From: Candidatus Omnitrophota bacterium
GTDB taxonomy: Bacteria > Omnitrophota > Gorgyraeia > Zapsychrales > Fredricksoniimonadaceae
Assembly: GCA_963769315.1 (NCBI GenBank)
Contig: CAVYLG010000003.1
Coordinates: forward strand, 938,397-1,002,396
DNA length: 64,000 bases
Direction: 5' to 3'
Position 1 is the stretch's first letter, and the number at the start of each line of letters is the position of its first letter. Position numbers and translations under genes: made by a program. Positions 37,976-48,590 of this stretch are shown piece by piece. The notes under the pieces are model-generated. The model saw only the letters and a program-made list of their open reading frames with translations, was not told where the DNA came from and ran no database searches.

Positions 37976-38128
37976 CTATTCGGGCATTGTGTTTCTTAAG
38001 CAGGTAGTAGAAGGCTGATTGGGCACGGTCCCCGAACGAAGTGAGGGGCCAATCAGCCTGGGGACTAGCGAAGCCGCATCGCTGGATGCGGCGAGCGTGC
38101 CTGCGAAAGAAATACAATGACCGAATAG
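37976..38128. ncRNA. Candidate structured RNA (Y-shaped, about 153 nt), class unknown
   Basis: Closing helix: 37976-38004 pairs with 38100-38128 over about 25 bp (CTATTCGG.CATTGTGTTTCTT..GCAGG / CCTGC..AAGAAATACAATG.CCGAATAG). Arm 1 is an 11-bp helix, 38012-38022 with 38049-38059 (AGGCTGATTGG/CCAATCAGCCT), extended by CCCC/GGGG. Arm 2 is an 8-bp hairpin, GCCGCATC-GCTG-GATGCGGC (38073-38092). No credible ORF is present. A single G-T pair (37991/38113) would be G-U only on the + strand. Confidence 0.4.
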
Positions 38129-38152
38129 TAGAAGCAAAAAGAAAATTTATAC

Positions 38153-39445
38153 TTACCCACGCACTTTACTTGCTAAATAATCAGTGGCCTCTGCCACTAC
38201 AAAAATTGAACCTGTCACTAAAATCACATCTTGAGGATCGGCTGCCTGCAACGCCTTATCTAAGGCTTGGTACACGCTCTCAATGATTTCAAAAGGTTTA
38301 TCACCAAAATAAACCTTCCCCTCCTTGAGTAAAAAATGCGCCCGGGGATGATGGGCATTGGTCAAAAAAATATGCGCCACGTTATCTTTTAAATGATTGC
38401 AAATGGCGGCCACGTCCTTGTCTTGGGAAATACCTAACACTAAAATTACCCGTCGATGGGGATACTCCTCCATCAAGGTCTGGGACAACGCCAGGGCGGA
38501 AGCTTCATTATGCGCGCAATCAACAATCACATCCGGATTCTTTCGCAATAACTCAAAACGGCCGGGCCAGACGGCATCTTCCTTAATCCTTCACTCATCG
38601 CCTCATCACTGATTTTAAATCCCATTGTTTTTAAAATTGCCGCCACTTCCATGGCCGTTGCGGCGTTTAAAATTTGATGCTTGCCCTTAAGGCCGATTTT
38701 AAAATTTTCATATTTTTCCGGACAGACAAGGACGGGCTGAACGCCAAATTCCCTGCAGCGCTGAAGCAAGATATCCATGACTTCTTTCTCTTGAGGGGCA
38801 ATCACGACCTTCTGGTGGGAATTTTTAATAATACCCGCTTTCTCCGACGCAATCTTGCTTAAAGTAGAGCCTAATATCCGGGTATGGTCCAAACTCACCG
38901 GGGTAATAACAGCAATGGAAGAATCCACGGCATTGGTCGCATCCAGACGGCCGCCCAAACCGGTTTCTAAAATAACCACATCCACTTGGGCCTTTGCAAA
39001 ATAACACAAGGCGGCCACGGTCAGGACTTCGAAATAGGTAAGGATATTCCCTTCATTTTTGATAGCAGCGGCAAAAGGACGCAAAAATGTCAGTACAGAG
39101 GCTAAATCCTCGTCGGCAATAGCTCCGCTGAAATTATCTTTGGATCGGATATTTTCCGCGTTTAAAATACGGATACGCTCATTGACCCTGTGCAAATGAG
39201 GCGAGGTATACAACCCCACTTTGTAGCCCGCCTCCTGCAAAATACCGGCTAAAAACGCACAGGTCGAACCTTTGCCTTTGGTGCCTGCAACATGAATAAT
39301 TTTTAAATCCTTGGGCCGGATTGCCCGCTAAATCCAAGAATTTTTCGATGCGGTTAAGATGAAAATCTTCGGGACGCAGTTTATGAAGCTGGGATTCAAA
39401 ATTGGAAAAAGAATTAAGATATTCGTGCGGATTAAACGCCGTCAT
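38153..39445 (-). pseudogene. folC: Folylpolyglutamate synthase/dihydrofolate synthase FolC; at least 2 frame interruptions
   Basis: Three ORF fragments (39179..39445, 38527..39240, 38153..38548) together give a full Mur-ligase-type FolC: ...NRIEKFLDLAGNP..., then ...GYKVGLYTSPHLHRVNERIRI..., ...VILETGLGGRLDATN..., ...VIVDCAHNEASALAL.... Confidence 0.85.
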
Positions 39446-41006
39446 TAATGTTTAAAGTGCCTGATGCCTGTTGTAACCATGGCTATCTTTTTTTTGTCGG
39501 CTTCTTTAATCACGGCTGTATCCATGATGGAACCGCCGGTCTGGATAATGGCCTTGACCCCTGCCTTCGCGGCAATGGTGACGGTATCAGGCTTAGGCAA
39601 GAACGCATCGGATATCAAAACACTCCCCCGGGCGGAAGGGCCCGCCCGACGGATGGCATGGATCGCGGAGTCCACACGGCTGGTTTGGCCGCAGCCAATG
39701 CCGACGGTCTGTGTGCCTTTGATCAGGACAATGGCATTGCTTTTGACATGCTTGATCAATTTCCAGCCAAAGATCATGGCTTGCCAGTTGTGACTTGGTA
39801 GGTTTGATCTTGCTGACTATTTTTAATTCTTCCGGCTTGAGGATACGATTATCCTTATCCTGCAGCAAAAGCCCGCCGGACACTTTCTTGAAATCATAAC
39901 GTTCCTGAGTTTCACCATGCATATCCAGCACGAGCAAGCGCAAATTTTTCTTCGCTACAAAAAAGGCTTTTGGCCTCCTCGGTAAACTCAGGGGCGATGA
40001 TGCATTCCATAAAACCGCTTTTGATGACAGCCTCGGCGGTTTTCGCATCAACACTGCGGTTAAAACCGATAATGCCTCCGAAGGCAGAAAGCGGATCGCA
40101 TTTGTAGGCTTTGATATACGCCTTATCAATGCTTTTATCCTGGGCAACGCCGCAGGGATTATTGTGTTTGATAATAACAGCTGCCGGAGCATCGAATTCG
40201 CGGATGATATCAACCGCGGCGTTCAAATCAAGGATATTATTAAAAGACAGCTCCTTGCCTTGCAATTGTTGAAGCCCCGTCAAACCCCTATGCTGGGTAC
40301 TGTCCTTATAAAAAGCCGCGGCCTGATGAGGATTTTCACCATAACGCAAATCCTGTAATTTGCTGAAAGAAAAAGTAAAATCTTTAGGGAAAGAAGAAAA
40401 AGAATTGTCTGCCTTAAAACGATTATTTAAAAAATCATAAATAGCCGCGTCATAGCGGCAGGTGCGCTCAAAAACTTCAATGGCCAGATTAGCCAGCACC
40501 TTATCTGATAAAATACCGCTGTTATTATTAAGCTCATTGAGCACTTCGTTATACCGGTCAACATTGCAGATGACCGCCACACTTTTATAATTCTTGGCCG
40601 CGGAACGCAGCATGGAAGGCCCGCCGATATCAATATTCTCAATGGCGTCTTCCAGGGATATATTTTTCTTCTGGATGGTCTTCTCGAAAGGATAAAGATT
40701 GACCACCACCATATCAATAAGCCCGATATCATGGGCGGCGATTTGTTTCATGTGCTCGGGGTTATCGCGCAAGGCCAGAAGACCGCCGTGGATCTTGGGA
40801 TGCAGGGTCTTGACGCGGCCATCAAGCATTTCAGGGAAACCGGTATACTCAGAAACTTCCTGGACCTTGAGATTGGCTGAACGCAAAAGCACTGCCGTGC
40901 CGCCGGTGGAAATAATTTCCACGCCCAGCTTCTGCAGGCCTTTGGCAAATTCCACCAAACCGGTTTTGTCGGAAACGGAAATTAATGCGCGTTTAACTTT
41001 AATCAT
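39445..41006 (-). pseudogene. purH: Bifunctional AICAR transformylase/IMP cyclohydrolase PurH; at least 2 frame interruptions
   Basis: The N-terminus is MIKVKRALISVSDKTGLVEFAKGLQKLGVEIISTGGTA...GRVKTLHPKIHGGLLA (39912..41006). The middle segment ...KKNLRLLVLDMHGETQERYDFKKVSGGLLLQDKD... is in a second frame. The C-terminus is ...HVKSNAIVLIKG.QTVGIGCGQTSRVDS...GIRHFKH* (39445..39777). Confidence 0.9.
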
Positions 41007-41071
41007 AAAAAGGAAACAATGCCTGATTCCATAAGGTTTCTTATCAAATCATGAAATCTTGATGAAACGAT

Positions 41072-41227
41072 TTATCTCTTGCCTTTTTTACGTTTGCGTT
41101 CGGAAGGCTTGCAATAAAAGCGGCGCTCTTTAAGCTCGACTAAAAAACCGTCTTTTTGGCACTGCTTCTTGAATAAGCGCATCGCTTTTTCAAAACTGTT
41201 CTTGTCATTGACTTTAACTTCTAACAT
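41072..41227 (-). CDS. rpsU: 30S ribosomal protein S21
   Basis: A 51-aa ORF below the ORF-track cutoff: MLEVKVNDKNSFEKAMRLFKKQCQKDGFLVELKERRFYCKPSERKRKKGKR*. This is a close pattern match to bacterial S21. AAGGAG lies upstream. Confidence 0.9.
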   Translation of the reverse strand: MLEVKVNDKNSFEKAMRLFKKQCQKDGFLVELKERRFYCKPSERKRKKGKR

Positions 41228-41323
41228 TACGAATCACTGCTCCTTATATGGTTTAATTGATTTGAAGGGTTGTATTATAGTACATGTTTGGCTATTGTCA
41301 AACAATTCGAAAAGATAGCGTCC

Positions 41324-42512
41324 TTAATAGGTGGGATCGACGTAGGTATATAGTTCTCCTGCGAAATTGCGCAGCGTATACCGGCCATTTTCTTTGGAGA
41401 CCACATAGTCCGGGCTGATAGGGATTTTCCCGCCGCCGCCGGGCCCGTCGATCACATAGGTCGGCACCGCGTAGCCGGTGGTATGCCCGCGCAAATTCTG
41501 GATGATATTAATACCCGTCTCAACAGTGGTACGAAAATGCCTGGAGCCGACGATAGGATCGCATTGGTAAATGTAATAGGGCCGCACGCGGATTTTTAAA
41601 AGCTCATGAAAAAGTTTTTTCATCACTGCCGGGGAATCATTAACACCGCGCAAAAGCACCGTCTGGCTGCCCATGGGAATACCGGCATCAGCAATCATGT
41701 TGCAGGCATGCTTGACGCGCGGGGTCACTTCTTTGGCATGGTTAAAATGAACGCTCATCCAAAGCGGTGAATATTTCTTAAACATGGCGATCAACTCCGG
41801 CGTGATCCGCTGGGGCAAGGTCACCGGGATGCGGGTGCCGATACGCACAAATTCCACATGCGGGATGGCTTTAACAGAAGAAATCAGATATTCCAGCATG
41901 CGGTCGCCTAAGGTCAAAGGGTCCCCGCCGGAAATCAGCACATCGCGGATCTCTTTATGCTTACGGATATAATTAAGCGCCGCGTCATAGGTGGAGGTAT
42001 TAAGCGTGTGATTGCCATCGCCAACCATGCGTGAACGCGTGCAATAACGGCAGTACATCGCGCACATCTCATTGACTAAAAAAAGCACCCGGTCCGGATA
42101 ACGGTGCACCAGGCCATGCACCGCGGAATTCTTGTCTTCACCGCAAGGGTCGAGCATTTCATCCGGGGTGGTCTCAAATTCATAATCCAAGGGCACCGAT
42201 TGCAGACGGATAGGGCATCCGGGATCATTCTCATCAATCAAGGCGGCAAAATACGGCGGGATGGACATGGTCAATTTATCCCCTGCCCCCTTGACCCCGC
42301 GCTCTTCATGCGGGGTTAATTTCATAAGCTTGGATATCTGATCAAAGCGTGCGTATACGGTTTCTGATCTGCCAGCGCCAATCTTCCCAATCAGCTAAAG
42401 TCGCTCCCGGGAAAAATTTGATGACGCGCTCTTCTTGGGGAGACAAAGGAATATTGGGCCCGCCGGAAGATGCAGCTGTTTCTTCTTTGATCACCGTGGT
42501 AACAGGGCTCAT
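41324..42512 (-). pseudogene. kamA: Lysine 2,3-aminomutase family radical SAM protein (KamA-type); one frame interruption at a T3 run
   Basis: The 333-aa ORF has CAMYCRYCTRS, ...HRYPDRVLFLV... and ...SGGDPL.... The conserved N-terminus, MSPV...FFPGATLADWEDWRWQIRNRIRTL, is in another frame starting at ATG 42510-42512. Removing one base at 42344-42346 joins them (...RIRTLDQISKLMKLTPHEE...), giving about 396 aa. Confidence 0.85.
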
Positions 42513-43541
42513 TTTTTGTATGATTCCTCTTCCGCACTTCTCTCGATGATAAGCCCTAAACGCATCAGGGCTTCATCCATGATTTTATTGATGATCTGAT
42601 TATACGACATCCCTTTGACTTTAGCGAAAAGTACAAACACATCGTCGGGGCTTAAATTCGGCAAAGGGTTAATTTCCAACACATAAGGATTGCCCGCTTC
42701 ATCCACGCGAAAATCCACACGCCCGAAATCACGGCAATCCACCGATTTGTAAGCGCGCACGGCTAAATCCTGCAGGTGCAAGGCCAATTTCTCATCAATG
42801 GGTGCCGGGCAAATATATTCCACCGACTTTTCAACCACATGGCGATAAGAATAAAATTCATTGCCTAAGTGGTCTTCCCGGCAATCGCGTATTGCACCAC
42901 CGGCATGGCTCCGGCGGATTATTCCCGATAACACCTACGGTAAATTCAGTGCCTTTAATAAACTCCTCAACCAAGGCCGGCTGTTTATAATTGCGGCAGA
43001 TATGCTCCACCTGGGCTTTGAGCTGTTGAAAATTCTCCACCCTCGAACTTTGGGTGATCCCTTTGGACGTGCCCTCATGCAGGGTCTTGACGAACAAAGG
43101 AAACCGATGGTATTTAATTCAAACAAATCATCCTCAACGTTGGCTTTAAAATAACGCGGCCGTGGGAATGCCGTCCGCAATAAAACATTTTTTAGCCACC
43201 ACTTTATCCAAAGTGACCCCTAAGGTCAGCGCATCAGCGCCGACAAAAGGGATATTGTACAAATCCAAAATGGCAGGCACTTGGGACTCGCGGTTGCGGC
43301 CTTTAAAGCCTTCGGAAATATTAAAAACAATATCAACCTTCAAATCATTACGGGTCATGCGGTCAATCAGTTGGCGGGCGCCGCCAATCAAGACAACCTT
43401 ATGCCCCGCTGATTCCAAGGCCGTTTTAAGGCATTCAATCGTCTTATGCCCGTCGAGCTCAGCAGCCGCATCAATAGGGTCATCCTGGGCCGCCTGCCAG
43501 TCGCTTTTTAAATCGTATGTAATCCCTACTATTTTACCCAT
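42509..43541 (-). pseudogene. ATP-grasp ligase of the D-alanine--D-alanine ligase family (short form); at least 2 frame interruptions
   Basis: The fragments are 43146..43541 (MGKIVGITYDLKSDW...VVLIGGARQL...LDLYNIPFVGADALTLGVTLDKVVAKK), 42858..43097 (...FVKTLHEGTSKGIT...) and 42509..42934 (...CRDFGRVDFRVDEAGNPYVLEINPLPNLSPDD...). The TGA stop overlaps the kamA ATG (ATGA at 42509-42512). Confidence 0.75.
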
Positions 43542-43606
43542 ATTTTCGTTCTCAATTTATCAAAAATACACCAAAATGCTATAAAAATTTTCTAATCTCT
43601 TTGATC

Positions 43607-44281
43607 TTAACGGCTGATGCCGACATTCACCCGTTGGCAAATATTTTTAACCGGACAAGTGGAACACATCGGTGAAATGGGTTTGCAAACATTCTGCCCC
43701 CAGGTCACAAGCAAAGCATTATATTCAATCCAATACTTGTGCGGCAATTTTTTTCTTAAAGCAAATTCCGTTTCTTCAGGCGTCCTGGTTTTGATATACC
43801 CCAGGCGATTGGAAATGCGATGCACATGGGTGTCCACACATATCCCTGGCTTGCCAAACCCTTCGGTCAAAACCAGATTCGCGGTTTTGCGCCCCACCCC
43901 TTTAAGCGTTAAAAGCAATTCCAGATCATCCGGGACTTGGGCCCCGAAACGATGGATCAAATCTTCGCAAATATCATGAATGCGCACGGCCTTGGTTTTA
44001 TAAAAACCCACCGGATAAATCAATTTTTGAATTTCACCGACGGGAATTTTAAGCATTCCCTGCATCGTATCCGCCCGGGCAAACAGGCGCTCGCAGGCCG
44101 GCAAGGTGGTTTCATCACGGGTCCGCAGGCTCAACAAACAAGAAATAAGCACCAAAAACGGGCTTTTGAATTTCTTGCCGACCAAGGTCACCGAAGGATC
44201 CGGCAAATCGCGCATGGCGACCTTCAGAAGCTTGATCACCTGTGCAATCTGATTATTGTCTAAAAATTTTCTATCGGGCAT
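43607..44281 (-). CDS. nth: Endonuclease III
   Basis: HhH-GPD fold (...LLTLKGVGRKTANLVL...) and the C-terminal 4Fe-4S loop CKPISPMCSTCPVKNIC. I place the start at ATG 44279-44281 (MPDRKF...), directly after the reconstructed era stop. The track ORF starts 12 codons upstream. Confidence 0.88.
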   Translation of the reverse strand: MPDRKFLDNNQIAQVIKLLKVAMRDLPDPSVTLVGKKFKSPFLVLISCLLSLRTRDETTLPACERLFARADTMQGMLKIPVGEIQKLIYPVGFYKTKAVRIHDICEDLIHRFGAQVPDDLELLLTLKGVGRKTANLVLTEGFGKPGICVDTHVHRISNRLGYIKTRTPEETEFALRKKLPHKYWIEYNALLVTWGQNVCKPISPMCSTCPVKNICQRVNVGISR

Positions 44282-44282
44282 T

Positions 44283-45209
44283 TTATAAATCGCTGAAAAC
44301 GTATCCCATGTCTTCAAGGGTGGAATAATCTTCGCGCCAATTCGAGCTGGTCTTCACAAAAAGCTCAAGGAACACTCTTGCTGTCGACTAATTCTTCCAA
44401 GTCCTTGCGCGCCTGGCTGCCCACCTGCTTTAAAATGGCCCCGGCTTTGCCGATGACAATTTCTTTCTGGGATTCACGCTCAACTAAAATGGCCGCCCGG
44501 ATATGCAGGACTTTGCCGCGTTTGGGCTGTACCCCTTCGATGATCACGGCAATCGAATGAGGAATTTCTTCGCGCATCAACAGAAATAATTTTTCCCGGA
44601 TCAAATCCGCCATGGCCATGCGCTTGGGAAAATCTGTAATCGCATCTTCAGGATATAAGAAGCGGGCCCTGCGGCATTTGCTCAAATAAAAGATCAACCA
44701 ATTTTTTGACATTGGTCCCTTTAAGCGCGGAAAGCGGGAATAAAATCAAATCGTTCATCTCGGTCATCGGCAACTCCGCGGGTCTCTTCCCAAAGTTTGA
44801 TATACTCCGGCACAAATTTGCCCTTGGTGATATCGATCTTGTTTAACCCCACAATAATGGGCTTGCCGCATTTATTAAGACGGCTGACCACATGTTGTTC
44901 TTCCGGGCCGGTTTTTTCACTGGCATCCACCATATGAATGACCGCATCGACAGAATCGATACTGCCTAAAGAAGCCCGGTTCATGTATTTATCAAGTTTG
45001 TCCTTCCCCGCGTGTATGCCCGGCGTATCGATAAAAACGATCTGCCCGCGCTCGTCGGTATGGATCCCCCTGATCTGATGGCGTGTCGTTTGCGGCACAT
45101 CGGAAACAATGGAGACTTTTTCACCCAAAATGGCATTAAGCAAGGTGGATTTGCCCACATTGGGCCTGCCTACAATGGCAACCATCCCGCTTTTTAATTT
45201 TTTATCCAT
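44283..45209 (-). pseudogene. era: GTPase Era; at least 2 frame interruptions
   Basis: G domain: GMVAIVGRPNVGKSTLLN, DTPG, NKID (44721..45209). KH domain: ...REEIPHSIAVIIEG...IVIGKAGAILKQVG... (44365..44712). The C-terminal tail ...FLELFVKTSSNWREDYSTLEDMGYVFSDL* is in a third frame (stop 44283-44285). Confidence 0.88.
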
Positions 45210-45210
45210 A

Positions 45211-45471
45211 TTATTTTCGATACCTCCAAACAGCGATCACCACTCCGGTAAATAAAACCAAATTAACGATATTAAAACAGCGCCAGACCATGTCCTTGGA
45301 GGTAAAACCCGAAGGGGCCATCAAAAGCGCGCATATCCACACCCCCATCACCCAACTCATCGATATGTCCTCCGAAGAGCGGCGACGGATGATCCTGACG
45401 ATCAAAGGAATATTCCAAAAAGGCATGACAATGGACAGCCACCAGGCCGATATTTTCCACATATATGTCAT
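45211..45471 (-). CDS. Small 3-TM membrane protein, PQ-loop/SemiSWEET-like (tentative)
   Basis: 86 aa with three predicted TM helices. A loop, ...WNIPLIVRIIRRRSSEDISMSW..., resembles the PQ-loop motif region. The assignment is weak. Confidence 0.35.
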   Translation of the reverse strand: MTYMWKISAWWLSIVMPFWNIPLIVRIIRRRSSEDISMSWVMGVWICALLMAPSGFTSKDMVWRCFNIVNLVLFTGVVIAVWRYRK

Positions 45472-45539
45472 ATCCCTCCTTTACGGTATTTAATATCCCC
45501 GACTAACGCCAGGGGATAACTGGTTAGTATTGTGTTTTC

Positions 45540-46447
45540 TTAGGTCACGGCAAAAAATTTGACTAATGCTTTCATGCGCTCCTCGACCTCACGCATGGAA
45601 AGCGACGCTGTCCTGGCCATGCCAAAGCCCTGCACATTAAAAGAAGCAACGGTCGTGGCATACAACAAGGCCTTGCGCAAAGTCTTATCGTCAAGTTTGT
45701 TGGCATGCTTAAATACCCCATGAGGCCGCCGGCAAAGGTATCGCCTGCCCCGGTGGGGTCAACGACTTTATCAACCGGATAGGCCGGGAAAGGAAAACAT
45801 CACCTGATCGCTGTAAAATAATACCCCGTGCTCGCCTTTTTTAATGACGATCATGCGCGGCCCCATCGCCCGAAGGCGTTTGGCGGCCATGATCAAATTA
45901 TTTTCTCCTGAAAGCGCCCTGGCCTCGCTGTCATTGGCCACGAACAAATGCACCATCTTCATCAAACGGCGCAAAGATTTTTGTTTATGGGTGATCCATA
46001 AATTCATGCTGTCTAAACCGATCAACCGGGGGACTTTCAAATGCTTTAAAAGCTGTATCTGCAAATCCGGATCAAAATTGGCCAGAAAAATATTAGGTAA
46101 ATCTTTTTTGATGCTCCTTTAATTCAGGCACATAGGTCTGTAAAACCCCCAATTCCGTCGCCAGGGTCAAGGCCGTATTCAAATCCCCTTTTTTATATTC
46201 CCCCCTCCAGCGGAAAGTCTTGCCTTTGCTGATTTTGAGTGACGAGAGATCAATGCCCTTGCGCTTTAAAAAATCCAGATGCTTAACAGGAAAATCCTGC
46301 CCCACCACCGCCACCATATGCACGTCCGTAAAAAGCCGGGCGGACATGGCAAAATGCGCGGCAGAACCGCCCAACATATCCTTTTTTGACTCCTGAAGGT
46401 GTTTTGACATGGTCCAAAGCCACCGTCCCTAAAACCACAAGACTCAT
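45540..46447 (-). pseudogene. PfkB-family carbohydrate kinase; at least 3 frame interruptions
   Basis: MSLVVLGTVALDHVKTPSG... (ATG 46445-47, GGAG upstream), then ...MLGGSAAHFAMSARL..., ...LFVANDSEARALSGE..., and the C-terminal ...DPTGAGDTFAGG... anion-hole motif in a further frame. The stop is at 45540-42. Confidence 0.75.
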
Positions 46448-46512
46448 ACCATTCTCCGTACACAATCATTGGGAAACATTATCCCTGATCACTAGCCAAT
46501 GACAAATTTATG

Positions 46513-46951
46513 TTATTCCCCGATAATCTTAATCAATACCCTTTTATCCCGTCGGCCGTCGAACTCCCCGTAAAAAATCTGCTCCCAAGGGCCAAAATCC
46601 AGTTTGCCCTTTGGTGATGGCAACCACCACCTCGCGGCCCATCACCTGACGCTTTAAATGCGCGTCCGCATTGTCTTCGCCGGTATCGTTATGCCTGTAC
46701 TGCGATACCGGCGCATGGGGCGCTAATTTTTCCAGCCAAGCATCATAATCCTGCAAAAGCCCGCTTTCATCATCGTTGATATAAACACTGGCAGAGATAT
46801 GCATGGCATTCACTAAACACAACCCCTCTTGAATGCCGCTTTTATCAATGGCCGCCTGCACCTGGTCCGTGATATTAATATACGCCCGACGGGTTTTAGT
46901 ATGAAACCATAATTCTTGACGATAATGTTTCATGTCTATACGGAGAGTCAT
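46513..46951 (-). CDS. yjbQ: YjbQ/UPF0047 family (secondary thiamine-phosphate synthase enzyme); C-terminal frame interruption
   Basis: ...[44 protein letters not shown]...DNADAHLK... is the typical UPF0047 pattern. The conserved end, ...[31 protein letters not shown], is in another frame (stop 46513-15). Confidence 0.8.
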
Positions 46952-47364
46952 TTCAGATGCTTGGTCGGCTTTTTCTTTTTTTCCAGCTGTTTGATATATT
47001 GCTGAAAATGCTCATCTTTAAGCAGATTATCCAGATCCGTATCACCCTTTAAATGCTCAAAATCATCGTAACCAAAATCAATGGCCTTGGTCAAGGCCCC
47101 CAGGGCCGCGCGGGTTTGGTTAAGCAAAGCATAGGAACACGCCAGATTATAAAACACCAGCGCGTCCTCCGGCCTCAGGCGAGAAAGTTTTAAATCCACT
47201 TCCAGGCCCTTTTGCCACAGACCTGCCTTGGTATACAAATCCCCGAGAGCGCTCAGTGCTTCTATAAAATTGGGCGTATCTTTAAGAATGTTCTCATAAA
47301 AAGCGATTTCAAAATCGATATCTTCTTTTTTACGGGAAATTTTAGGCGCGTGCTCTTTGCGCAT
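46948..47364 (-). CDS. TPR repeat protein (138 aa)
   Basis: Intact ORF with TPR-like helices (...[51 protein letters not shown]...). Its stop forms an ATGA overlap with the yjbQ start. Confidence 0.7.
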   Translation of the reverse strand: MRKEHAPKISRKKEDIDFEIAFYENILKDTPNFIEALSALGDLYTKAGLWQKGLEVDLKLSRLRPEDALVFYNLACSYALLNQTRAALGALTKAIDFGYDDFEHLKGDTDLDNLLKDEHFQQYIKQLEKKKKPTKHLK

Positions 47365-47387
47365 GGATGATCCTCTTCATATCAATT

Positions 47388-48543
47388 CTATTTTTTCTTT
47401 AAATATTTTTCAATACGCGCCACGGCTTCTTTAAGATTATCATAACTTGAAGCATACGAAATCCGCACATGGTCGCGCACAGCATTGGCCAAAAGCAACT
47501 CCCGGCACCAAGGCCACTTTTTGCTTGCAGCAGTAAATTCTTGGCAAAATCCATCGAACTCTCCCCTGTCACTTTTATCGAAGGAAACGCATAAAAAGCC
47601 CCTTGCGGCATATGGCAGTCATCCCGATATCATTTAAAGCACCGACGATAAAACGGCGGCGGCGGTCATATTCTTTTTTCATGGCCTGCACGTCCCCGGC
47701 AGAATTCTTCAAAGCCTCAATGGCCGCCATCTGACTGGTGATCGGCGCGCACAACATGGTGTACTGATGGATCTTGGTCATGGCCCCCACAATGTCCGCA
47801 GGGCCGCAGACATAACCGATACGAAAACCCGTCATGGCATAGCTTTTGGAAAAACCATTAAGATAAATCACCCGGTCACGCATCTGCGGCAAGGTGGCCA
47901 TCGGCGTATGTTCAAAATCATAAGTCAATTCATCATAAAGCTCATCGCTAATGACCAACATATCATGTTTTTTGATGACCTTGGCTATGGCTTCCAGTTC
48001 TTTTTTTGAATACGAGGTGCCCGTGGGATTAGCACGGATAACCCAAGCAGGATGCCGCGCACACCCGGGCCCGCGGCCTCATCGATCTGTTGCGGGGTTA
48101 CTTTAAAACCGTTTTCGACGGAAGTTTTTAAAAATACCGCCTCGCCGCCTGCCAATTCCACCACCGGGCCATACGCCACATAACAGGGTTCGGGTATCAA
48201 AATTTTTTCGCCGGGATTAAGGATCGCCCGCATCGCCAAATCCAGGGCCTCACTGACACCGACGGTAATTAAGATTTCCTCTTCAGGGTCATAGATCAAT
48301 ATGATGGCGTTTTTTCAAAAAAGCGGCAATGTCACGGCGCAACTCGATCATGCCTTTATTGGAAGTATACGAGGTATACCCTTGTTCAAGGGATTCGATG
48401 GCCCGCGCGCGCACATGCCAGGGGGTGACGAAATCCGGTTCTCCTACCCCTAAGGAGATGACGTCTTTCATGCCCAACACTAAATCAAAAAAAGCCCTGA
48501 TGCCGGAGGGCGCTAATTCATCAACCCGTTTAGAAATTCTCAA
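47388..48543 (-). pseudogene. Class I/II PLP-dependent aminotransferase (aspartate aminotransferase-like); at least 4 frame interruptions
   Basis: The fragments give ...LAPSGIRAFFDL...ISLGVGEPDF.TP..., ...ILIPEPCYVAYGP..., ...VISDELYDELTYD...NGFSKSYAMTGFRIGY... (PLP lysine region), and ...PQGAFYAFPSI.... The reconstructed end is ...NLKEAVARIEKYLKKK* (TAG 47388-90). Confidence 0.8.
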
Positions 48544-48590
48544 TATTCCCTTTCCTTTCTTGGCAAACTCTTCAATCCTACGCTACCTTT

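Noticed and set aside
37690-38130. Assigning the structured gap to a known RNA (SRP/4.5S, RNase P, tmRNA, 6S, or the TPP, cobalamin, ZTP or THF riboswitches).
   Set aside because: I could not find the hallmark conserved motifs of any of these. I looked for the GGAA-tetraloop/AGCA SRP domain IV, the GAGGAAAGUCC P4 element, the tmRNA tRNA-like ends, the B12 box, and others. A 6S-like reading rests only on overall shape. The element is left as class unknown.
37643-38286. Track ORFs 37643..37873 (-) and 38041..38286 (+) as protein-coding genes in the folC-mnmE gap.
   Set aside because: They have Arg/Leu/Trp/Gly-rich compositions, no RBS and no recognisable similarity. They overlap the hairpin repeat and the strongly paired RNA-like element, so they are more plausibly non-coding.
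41324-42325. Calling the 333-aa KamA-family ORF an EpmB (EF-P beta-lysylation) enzyme on the basis of its short length.
   Set aside because: The missing N-terminal ~63 residues, with the KamA-type W.DWRWQ.RNRI motif, are present upstream in another frame (to ATG 42510-42512). The short length is a frameshift artefact.
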